DNA of 24,908 nucleotides from Promethearchaeota archaeon (GTDB taxonomy: Archaea > Asgardarchaeota > Lokiarchaeia > Sigyniarchaeales > SOKP01). Position 1 is the first letter of the stretch. Each line of letters starts with the position of its first letter. Below, in pieces: positions 18,108-24,908 of the stretch. The stretch lies in contig JABCSY010000057.1 of assembly GCA_018238625.1 (NCBI GenBank), forward strand, positions 1-24,908, read 5' to 3'. A model generated the notes under the pieces. It ran no database searches, was not told where the DNA came from, and worked only from the letters and a program-made list of their open reading frames with translations. Both the position numbers and the translations under genes were made by a program.

Positions 18108-19643
18108 TTAATCTATACGATCTCTTTTTTTAAAACTTAAAGATAATTTTCTGATGTAAATCAGACCAATAACATTAATTCCTAATAAGATTATAAATGC
18201 TATATTTCTATATTCAAACACTAATCGTATTAAAAAGCTTCCTGAAGCGCTCTGAACTAATTTTACCACCAAATAGTAATTTTGAACTTCACTCGCGAAA
18301 ACGCCCATTCTTTTGTCAAGATTATCCGGGAACAGTTGGTTTATGGTGTGAGATATTAGAATTGGAGAACCGTATTCGTTAGGATCCATGTTAAATAAAT
18401 ACATTTCAGCCCGTGCCGATCCAAGTTGATTTAATTCAAAAAAATAATGATTTGGTTTAAGTTTAATCGGTAGACAATAGACGCTTACGTTTTGGTTTAG
18501 AGAAAACCCAATTTCCGTACTTTCATTGATTAAAATTGAGGTATTTAAGGCGTCTAAGGCGGCGTAACCTTGTATAATCCCCCACCCTTGTACATTATCT
18601 TGAATCACTCGTGGATTGACCGTCTTAAATGAAGTTAATGAGATTATGCTTTTTAGTTGTATTGGAGTTAAAGTTGCTTCTTTTTCCAACATCAACGCTG
18701 CTAATCCAGCAACGAAAGGAGTTGCTCCAGAAGTACCGGTTCTGTAGCTATAGTCATCTTGAAAACCTTTTTCAGCGCCAATTACTCCAACAGCTGGAGC
18801 GCACACATCTGGTTTAATTACGCCTTCAAAAGTCGGACCTTTTGCGCTACTTGAATACATGTTTCCGACGTAATCTACGCCCCCAACAGCAAGGACCGCC
18901 TTGTCTGAAGCGGGAGCGTTAATAGTCCCATCTCCATAATCTTTAGAAGGGTCCCCGTCATTACCTCCCGCTGCAACGACTAATATTCCGTTGTCAAAAA
19001 GTGTTCTAGTTAAGCTCTGAAGATGAGCAATGTCGTTGAGATTATCAGGTTCTGGTTTTGCTCCAAAACTCATACTAACTATTTTTATATCGTAAACATC
19101 TTTATTTTGAACGACCCAACTAATCGCATTTTCCAATATAGAAGCGTTAGTTTCTCCAGTACTATCGAAAATTTTTAATATTGCCAAATTTATATCTGGT
19201 GCTACACCTTGATAGTCGCTACAATTTCCACCTAAAATTGATGTTGCCCACGTTCCGTGACCGTGGTCGTCTCGTGGAACACCTGATTGATTTGCAATCA
19301 CGTCGTAGAAGCTAACAATTCTTTCAAACCAATCTAATTTACCATCATTTGTAAACGCGCTATGATTAGCAAAAATTCCTGTGTCTAATACCGCAACAGT
19401 TATGTTTTTTCCCGTTAATCCATTGTCCCAAAGACTATCTTGAAGGCCAATATGATCTTGTGCGTTGTACGTAGAACTAATTTTTATTTTACTTGATGAA
19501 ATATGGAAAGTATTATCAACATTCGAACATTTCAAGCGAGAGTCGATTATTTGAGGAAACTCATAATCGTTTATTCCTAAAACGAAAAATTGGGCTATTG
19601 GAAGCGTTAAAACGATTACTATTACTATAAATTGCTTTTTCAA
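18108..19643 (-). CDS. S8 (subtilisin-like) serine peptidase, exported and C-terminally membrane-anchored
   Basis: Catalytic motifs VLDTG, HGHGT, AAGGN (oxyanion) and GTSGATP; hydrophobic N-terminal signal; C-terminal TM helix followed by a basic tail. Confidence 0.93.
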   Translation of the reverse strand: MKKQFIVIVIVLTLPIAQFFVLGINDYEFPQIIDSRLKCSNVDNTFHISSSKIKISSTYNAQDHIGLQDSLWDNGLTGKNITVAVLDTGIFANHSAFTNDGKLDWFERIVSFYDVIANQSGVPRDDHGHGTWATSILGGNCSDYQGVAPDINLAILKIFDSTGETNASILENAISWVVQNKDVYDIKIVSMSFGAKPEPDNLNDIAHLQSLTRTLFDNGILVVAAGGNDGDPSKDYGDGTINAPASDKAVLAVGGVDYVGNMYSSSAKGPTFEGVIKPDVCAPAVGVIGAEKGFQDDYSYRTGTSGATPFVAGLAALMLEKEATLTPIQLKSIISLTSFKTVNPRVIQDNVQGWGIIQGYAALDALNTSILINESTEIGFSLNQNVSVYCLPIKLKPNHYFFELNQLGSARAEMYLFNMDPNEYGSPILISHTINQLFPDNLDKRMGVFASEVQNYYLVVKLVQSASGSFLIRLVFEYRNIAFIILLGINVIGLIYIRKLSLSFKKRDRID

Positions 19644-19720
19644 TAAGACGCACTAAAAGAATTTATATTTCTATGAAAAATTAATAATATATATTATTAT
19701 AAAAATTTAGGATATTTATA

Positions 19721-21298
19721 ATGACGGTAAACAAGGAAGATATCAAAAAATCGCGAATGTACGCGAGACAGCAATTAATTGACGGGTGGGACCAAGAGAT
19801 CGTTAGCAAAGGTTGCGTTATGATTGTTGGAGTTGGGGCTTTGGGTTGTGAAATAGCAAAAGACTTTGCCTTAATGGGAATTGGGAAAATAGTATTGGTA
19901 GATTTAGATACTATTGAAACGTCAAATCTTTCCCGTCAAATGTTGTTCAAGCCAGGCGATGAAGGTCGTCCTAAAGCAGAAGTAGCCGCAGAAAGGTTAA
20001 AGGAAATGAATCCTTTTTTAAACGTCGATTTTTACTTTGAAAAGCTCCAAAAATTAGAAATGTCGGTCTATGAAGAATGCGATGTTATTATTGCCGCTTT
20101 GGATAACTTTAACGCAAGGTTAGATTTGAATAAAATATCTTTAAGAATAAAAAAACCTATGGTAGAGGGAGGAACCGTAGGATTTGAAGGACACGTACAT
20201 ATTGTTATTCCAGAAGGTTCTGGTCTTCAATATAAAAAGAGAGAAATCGAGATCGAAAAAATTGTCGACAGTAAAATGTGGGAATTTGACAATCCGGAGT
20301 ACTTAGAAGCACAAAAGGAAATAGAGCAATTAGAATATTTAATTGATAGGTTAAAGCAAGAGAAACTTGAACCTTTTAGAAGATTAGTTAGAAAAAAAGT
20401 TGAAGAAGAATTTGATAAAAAATACGCTGGTAAAGTTTTGGATTTAACTCCTTGTTATCGTTGTATGGTTCCTATTCCACCTGCAGACGATAAATTGGTC
20501 GCAGCGTGTACTCTAAAAGGACTTCCTAGAAATAGGAATCACTGCGTTATAAAAGCAGAAGTACTATTCGAAAAAGAATACGGCTTTAAACCTGATATGA
20601 ACGTGGACGATGACGTAGTAAAACTGAAGGTTTTTGCTCAGAAAGAATTGATAGACTTAAGAAAGAGAGTGTTTGACGAAAATGTTTCTCCCGAAAAGTT
20701 AGAAAGCTTATCTCCTGAAGAAATTCAAGAATGGAAAGATAATATTAAAGATACTTTCGGATCTGATTATAAGTTCGAAGAAATGGAAAATATATTAGGG
20801 AATAAAATTGCAGCAATTCAATCCGTAAGTTCTATTATTTCTAGCATACAATCCCAAGAAGCGTTAAAATTGTTATTTCGAATGCATGGAAGAAATATTG
20901 GTCCTCCAATGGACCCTCCTTACATCAATTATAATGGGGTGTATGGACAATTCGACCATTTAGAGGTAATTAAAAGGGAAGATTGCCTTGCTTGTGGAGA
21001 CATTGAAGGAGAAGAAAATGTTCAAATCGTTGTCCCATTTGACGCAAACGTAGGTTATATTTTCAAAGCTATGAGAATAAGCGGGCATAATTTAGAACCT
21101 ATCCTATGGTTGATTACTAATGCAGTGAACAAAGATATGCTTTGGAATCCTTACATGAGCGGTGAGTTTAAAGACCCAACTATAAAATTGACAGCTCTAA
21201 AAATCAAAAATAACGATATTCTTACTCTCACTCCTCTAGGAAAGGCAAAAGTAGAATCAGAGATTAAAAAATACAATGTCGTAATTACCTACATGTAA
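19721..21298 (+). CDS. Ubiquitin-like activating enzyme E1 (ThiF family, Uba2/Uba3-like)
   Basis: YARQ, GVGALG, DLDTIETSNLSRQMLF, ALDNFNAR; Zn motifs CYRC and CLAC; catalytic-Cys region AACTLKGLPRNRNHC (Cys codon 20507-20509); C-terminal extension compatible with a ubiquitin-fold domain. Confidence 0.92.
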   Translation: MTVNKEDIKKSRMYARQQLIDGWDQEIVSKGCVMIVGVGALGCEIAKDFALMGIGKIVLVDLDTIETSNLSRQMLFKPGDEGRPKAEVAAERLKEMNPFLNVDFYFEKLQKLEMSVYEECDVIIAALDNFNARLDLNKISLRIKKPMVEGGTVGFEGHVHIVIPEGSGLQYKKREIEIEKIVDSKMWEFDNPEYLEAQKEIEQLEYLIDRLKQEKLEPFRRLVRKKVEEEFDKKYAGKVLDLTPCYRCMVPIPPADDKLVAACTLKGLPRNRNHCVIKAEVLFEKEYGFKPDMNVDDDVVKLKVFAQKELIDLRKRVFDENVSPEKLESLSPEEIQEWKDNIKDTFGSDYKFEEMENILGNKIAAIQSVSSIISSIQSQEALKLLFRMHGRNIGPPMDPPYINYNGVYGQFDHLEVIKREDCLACGDIEGEENVQIVVPFDANVGYIFKAMRISGHNLEPILWLITNAVNKDMLWNPYMSGEFKDPTIKLTALKIKNNDILTLTPLGKAKVESEIKKYNVVITYM

Positions 21299-21381
21299 TT
21301 TATTCATATTAATTACTTTTTCTAACCTTCAAAATGGCTAAAAATATAATATTTGAATTTAATTTAATGGAGGAATTAAAT

Positions 21382-21882
21382 ATGAAACCATTTCATGAAT
21401 ATATGAATGAATATAGAAAACAGATGGAGAAAGGAGACATAAAAGAAGCATATAAAGGATTGATGGAATATATTATGAAATTGAGATTGTATTTTAAAAA
21501 AAAATATCCTGATTATTTCGTATCTGGGAGTATTTATTATGGATATATGGATATGTCGTATTTTTCCTTCTTCCCAGAGTCATTAAAACTTCGAAAATTG
21601 AAAGTTGCGATAGTTTTTATTCATGACACATTTAGATTTGAAGTTTGGTTAGCGGGATATAATAAACAGGTTCAAACAAAATACTGGAAATTGGTTAAAG
21701 AAAGTGATTGGAATAAATACCACATTCCATCAACGATAAAAGGTGTTGATTCTATTATAGAGTATATTTTAGTTGAAAATCCAGATTTTAGTGATTTAGA
21801 TACGTTAACAAAGCAAATAGAGAGAGGGACATTGAAATTTATTAAGGATGTTGAGAACTTCTTATCTAAACATTCTAAATAG
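21382..21882 (+). CDS. Conserved hypothetical protein (DUF7000-like)
   Basis: GYMDMSYFSFFP and FEVWLAGYNKQVQ motifs recalled from this family. ATG at 21382 follows a GGAGG SD and is preferred over the track start at 21334. Confidence 0.65.
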   Translation: MKPFHEYMNEYRKQMEKGDIKEAYKGLMEYIMKLRLYFKKKYPDYFVSGSIYYGYMDMSYFSFFPESLKLRKLKVAIVFIHDTFRFEVWLAGYNKQVQTKYWKLVKESDWNKYHIPSTIKGVDSIIEYILVENPDFSDLDTLTKQIERGTLKFIKDVENFLSKHSK

Positions 21883-21899
21883 AATAGAAATTAGTCAAT

Positions 21900-22523
21900 T
21901 CATTCATTTTTACAACTTTTAACAAGATTTATGAGAGCGTCAATGTAATGAGCTTCAATTCCCGCGTTAGCACCAGTCGCTAAATCTTTTTCTAAATCAC
22001 CGAAATAAATTATGTCTTCTTTGTTGACCTTGTAATGTTCCATAATTCTTAGTAATCCTTCTGGTTCGGGTTTCCAGCTTCTTACGTCTTCTCTTCCTAA
22101 AATAAAGTCAAATTTATCGCCTATTCCCGCTAATTCTAAGGATTTCTTAATGGTTCGTCTTGTATTTAAGGATAAAATGGCTAGTTTAGTCCCCCTTTTT
22201 ACGCCAAATAATTTTGTGTTATTGATAAAATAGATTGTCTCTTCAATAGGTTCGTTCTTTTCTATGTTATCAAGTTCGTATTGCTTAATGACGTCAAAAT
22301 TATGGTGTAATTCCGTTTCGTCCCCTTTTTCGACAATTTCACTAAGGAGAGCAGAAATGCTAGTAAATTGATGGTCATCTTGAAAATGTTCAGAATAACG
22401 ATCGTTTAATACCTTTTTTAACGAAGGCCAATCTGCCGCTAATCTAACGATCGTACCGTCTAAATCGAACACAATTACTTTCTTATCCTTAAATTGAAGC
22501 ATTTCATTTTTCTTCTCTGGCAT
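21900..22523 (-). CDS. HAD-superfamily hydrolase (phosphoglycolate phosphatase-like)
   Basis: FDLDGT motif I, SLN motif II, KPEPEG motif III, GDLEKD motif IV. Confidence 0.92.
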   Translation of the reverse strand: MPEKKNEMLQFKDKKVIVFDLDGTIVRLAADWPSLKKVLNDRYSEHFQDDHQFTSISALLSEIVEKGDETELHHNFDVIKQYELDNIEKNEPIEETIYFINNTKLFGVKRGTKLAILSLNTRRTIKKSLELAGIGDKFDFILGREDVRSWKPEPEGLLRIMEHYKVNKEDIIYFGDLEKDLATGANAGIEAHYIDALINLVKSCKNE

Positions 22524-22605
22524 GTTTCAAAATCAACAAGATTAATGAATATTTAAGATAATTTTACTTAGAAAATAAGTTTTCGTCATAAATTTTCAAA
22601 TCAAT

Positions 22606-23487
22606 TTATAAACGCGCATAATACATCGCTTGATACCCAATTTTGTGAAACGGACATTCTTTTATACAAATAGAACATCCAGTAGTTTCGTAAAAGTATT
22701 CGATACATTTTTCTCCATCAATTCTAGTTTTTATACCGTTTTCCTTGATAATTGGATCGTAGTAAATCGCGTTTACGGGGCACATTTGAACGCATCTTTT
22801 GCATTTCTTACAATACTCGTCTATCTCAAAATTTTCTTGAGAAACCTCAGGAAGAGGGGCTGCGTTCACAGAAATCATGGATAATCTCTGCCTTGGACCG
22901 AATTTTTTAGTTATTAAAATACCTTGCGTTCCAATTTTCCCCAACCCTGCTTTTACTGCCATCGCGGGTAAAAGAATTGGACCGCCAAGTGGATGACACG
23001 CAATTGCTCTATAACCTTTAGATCGGATAAAATCTGCTAATTTATTTGTCGCCTCACCTAACTCTGCGTATATGTTTAACGATTCCAACCCTGCTGGAGG
23101 TCCAGGAGCCTGATCTATAGCTTCGTAATCCATTTCCATTGCTAAAACAATTCCATTCTCGTATAGAAATTCGATTCCGCCTACATAATCGTTCTTAAAA
23201 ATAAAATTTTCGTCCACAGGCGCAAATCCTATAAGATCAATTCCTAAAATCTTCGCTTGCTCGATAACTTCTTCCCAAAATTCTTTAGGTGCGGATTGAG
23301 GTTTGTCAGGGAGGTCTTTCATCTCTCTTTTGTAATCTGTTTTTGCCCTTTGAACAGTTTTGAAGAGCTTCGGAACTACAATTTTAGCTTTGTCAGACAA
23401 TAGTCCCTTAAATTCTCTTATATCAAATTTGTTCAACTCAATTAGTCTGGAATTTAACCCTTTTGATTTTTTTAGCAATTTTATCAC
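22606..23487 (-). CDS. Cobalamin/2x[4Fe-4S] protein of the reductive dehalogenase / epoxyqueuosine reductase (QueG) superfamily
   Basis: GIDLIGFA, GYRA, AVKAGLGKIG...FGPRQRL, CKKCKRCVQMCPVNAI and C...CSICIKECP. No Tat signal. Confidence 0.85.
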   Translation of the reverse strand: MIKLLKKSKGLNSRLIELNKFDIREFKGLLSDKAKIVVPKLFKTVQRAKTDYKREMKDLPDKPQSAPKEFWEEVIEQAKILGIDLIGFAPVDENFIFKNDYVGGIEFLYENGIVLAMEMDYEAIDQAPGPPAGLESLNIYAELGEATNKLADFIRSKGYRAIACHPLGGPILLPAMAVKAGLGKIGTQGILITKKFGPRQRLSMISVNAAPLPEVSQENFEIDEYCKKCKRCVQMCPVNAIYYDPIIKENGIKTRIDGEKCIEYFYETTGCSICIKECPFHKIGYQAMYYARL

Positions 23488-23759
23488 TCAAAAATTAATT
23501 ATTTGCTTTAATCCAGTTAGTTTTATAAATATTTTTGTTATAAAAATTGAAGAAATAATCTTAATATCACTCTATTATTGATTAGTCTCAAAAAATAAGG
23601 GATAAATTTTTAAAAAGAAAATTAGACACAGATATGAATTGGTTAGAGATTAAGAGCTTTCTCTTAACAAAGAAATTACCTTAATATCCATTATATAGGT
23701 GAATTATTTTTTACCCTATTTAAATGTTTAAAGTAGGTTATTCTATAAAAAATAAGATT

Positions 23760-23767
23760 AAAAAAAA
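23760..23767 (-). terminator. Oligo-U (U8) archaeal terminator candidate after the spliced E2 stop codon
   Basis: Run of 8 A on + strand, 11 nt past the TAA at 23779-23781. Confidence 0.4.
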
Positions 23768-23778
23768 TATTATTTGTA

Positions 23779-24326
23779 TTAATCCATGGCGTATTTTTTT
23801 GTCCAAGAGGCTGCTTTAGCTTGAAACTTTTTTAGAGCTCTAAAGTATTGTTCCCCTGCTTCATGGTTCAAAGGATCTCCTGGATTAAAAAAGGGCGGTT
23901 TTACGCATTATTACAAAGTGTAATTAATTCTACGTGCATCATGCCCTTTAAAGCCTCTATTATATTAGTTAGAGTCTTGCTCGGAGTCCAACCTGACGCC
24001 CCTGTCGAAGCGTCCACCTTTCCTACTAAATCGGGATTAATTAAATCTAAACAAATATTAAGCTTCCCGGGAGGTATGCTACTATCGATGTTTGGATGCC
24101 ACATCAATGTGACTGCGTAAGCGTAGGGAGGGGCAAACGGGTAATTCTCAGGGAACTTAATTTCGAAAATAAACTTTCCTTTATAATAAGGCGTTCCGTC
24201 TTTTCCGATGATTGTAAGCCGAAGGTGATCGATACTACGACCCCATGGTTCGATGATTATGTTACTATCGTCTTTGTACGATTCGATGGCTTCAGTATAA
24301 TCAGTTTCTTCTCTCATAATACTCAC
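23779..24326 (-). CDS. Ubiquitin-conjugating enzyme E2, split gene: join(complement 23930..24326, 23779..23900), 172 aa from GTG (169 aa from ATG 24317)
   Basis: GTPY..G.F..EIKFPENYPFAPP, HPNI, catalytic ICLDLI, GWTPS. After removing 23901-23929 the frame continues HVE-PPFFNPGDPLNHEAGEQYFRALKKFQAKAASWTKKYAMD*, the canonical E2 C-terminus (DPLN.EA...W...YA). Confidence 0.93.
23901..23929 (-). other. Putative 29-nt bulge-helix-bulge/loop (tRNA-type) intron in E2 mRNA
   Basis: Intron AAUUAAUUACACUUUGUAAUAAUGCGUAA. 4-bp helix ACGU/GCGU, 3-nt bulge AG^A, second site AA^A, inner stem AUU-AUUACA/UGUAAU-AAU, outer exon-exon stem AAAGGGC/GCCCUUU. Excision restores the reading frame. Confidence 0.8.
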
Positions 24327-24769
24327 TTTTTTTTTAAAAATTATAACAATATTAAATATCTAGTTAGGGTTTTCTTTAAAAAATATTGTGTAAATTTCGA
24401 TTTTTGTTATAAATCGGATAAATTACAAAATTTAGCAAGATTCAAAAGTTTTGTTTTTACAGATTATAAAAATCCCTCTATTCGCATTATTTCCGTTAAA
24501 AATCGCAAAAATTTTATTTATTTCTCATATTGAAATAGAGGTTTTAATAGTTTTAATGATCAATAGAATTATATTTTCTTAAAAATGGGAGTTCCGAAGA
24601 TTCTTCGTTTTTTTATTATGATGATCGAAAATAATTCGTTAGATTTATTATCTATGATTTTTATATTTAAATTGTATCTATTTAATTAGATCAATTTACT
24701 AATAAATATACTGATAAAAGTTAAAATTGAATTTTATTCGGATAAATTAAAAATTATAAATAAAAAAAG

Positions 24770-24908
24770 GTGAAGATTATTTATAAAAAACTTGTAGTTT
24801 TAACCGAAGAAGTTGAGGATTTAGAAATTAAGGAGAGTACCAAACCGGATAAGAATCCATTTGAAATGGCAAAAATGCAATTTGACATAGTTGCTGAAAA
24901 GATGGGTT
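24770..24908 (+). CDS. gdhA: Glu/Leu/Phe/Val dehydrogenase (glutamate dehydrogenase), N-terminal part, runs off the window
   Basis: Not in the ORF track. Open frame from GTG 24770: VKIIYKKLVVLTEEVEDLEIKESTKPDKNPFEMAKMQFDIVAEKMG. NPFEMA..QFD..A..MG resembles the GDH N-terminal helix. Only about 46 codons are visible; start uncertain. Confidence 0.7.
   Translation, partial: MKIIYKKLVVLTEEVEDLEIKESTKPDKNPFEMAKMQFDIVAEKMG

Noticed and set aside
20219-20440. Intein or intron as the explanation for the E1 insertion
   Set aside because: No His-Asn/Cys intein junction, no obvious BHB, and the segment reads as a normal amphipathic helical protein sequence.
23674-23705. Second BHB-like motif on the minus strand (ACCU-AUA...AGGU-AAU)
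   Set aside because: It is intergenic, removal restores no recognisable ORF, and the second bulge pairs better as a plain hairpin extension.
23899-23929. Programmed frameshift or stop readthrough as the way to restore E2
   Set aside because: Readthrough of the TAA stays in the wrong frame. The exon-2 frame has its own TAA inside the insertion, leaving only about 3 codons for a shift and no clear slippery heptamer.
23901-23929. Spliceosomal, group I/II intron or MITE identity for the insertion
   Set aside because: No frame-restoring 29-nt GT...AG boundaries, far too short for a ribozyme, and no convincing terminal inverted repeats or target duplication beyond an AA ambiguity.
23901-24326. 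Treating the 141-aa track ORF as the complete E2, or as a plain pseudogene
   Set aside because: The conserved C-terminus is intact downstream, there is no other lesion, and the insertion has splice-motif geometry. A pseudogene cannot be fully excluded without RNA data.
23848-24533. Plus-strand ORFs 23848..24120 and 24096..24533
   Set aside because: Antisense to E2 or running through AT-rich promoter DNA; no ubiquitin-like GG terminus or other motif.
24586-24615. Short GAAGA-T-TCTTC palindrome upstream of gdhA as a SECIS or ncRNA
   Set aside because: Too short to be significant, and no in-frame TGA selenoprotein candidate was seen nearby.

Overview
AT-rich archaeal window, very probably from an Asgard archaeon (Lokiarchaeia-like). 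This is inferred from several eukaryotic-signature genes: a roadblock/LC7-like protein, a longin-like + Arf-like GTPase fusion with a polyproline tail, a Rab-like GTPase, a Uba2/Uba3-like E1 and an E2 ubiquitin-conjugating enzyme. The window also holds a glycosylation cluster (two GT2s, an NDP-sugar epimerase, a GT-C-like membrane protein), UPF0280/ApbE-like, aspartate kinase, a RACo-type corrinoid reactivator, a 1648-aa protein with 14 helical repeats, a membrane-anchored subtilase, a HAD phosphatase, a QueG/RdhA-like Fe-S protein and the start of glutamate dehydrogenase. Main finding: the E2 gene is interrupted by a 29-nt insertion (23901-23929, minus strand) that folds with its flanks into a tRNA-intron-like bulge-helix-bulge/loop motif. 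Cutting at the canonical archaeal splicing-endonuclease positions removes exactly these 29 nt, eliminates the premature stop and restores the conserved E2 C-terminus. It is a candidate tRNA-type mRNA intron in an Asgard ubiquitin-system gene. All calls come from reading motifs by eye; no database searches were run.
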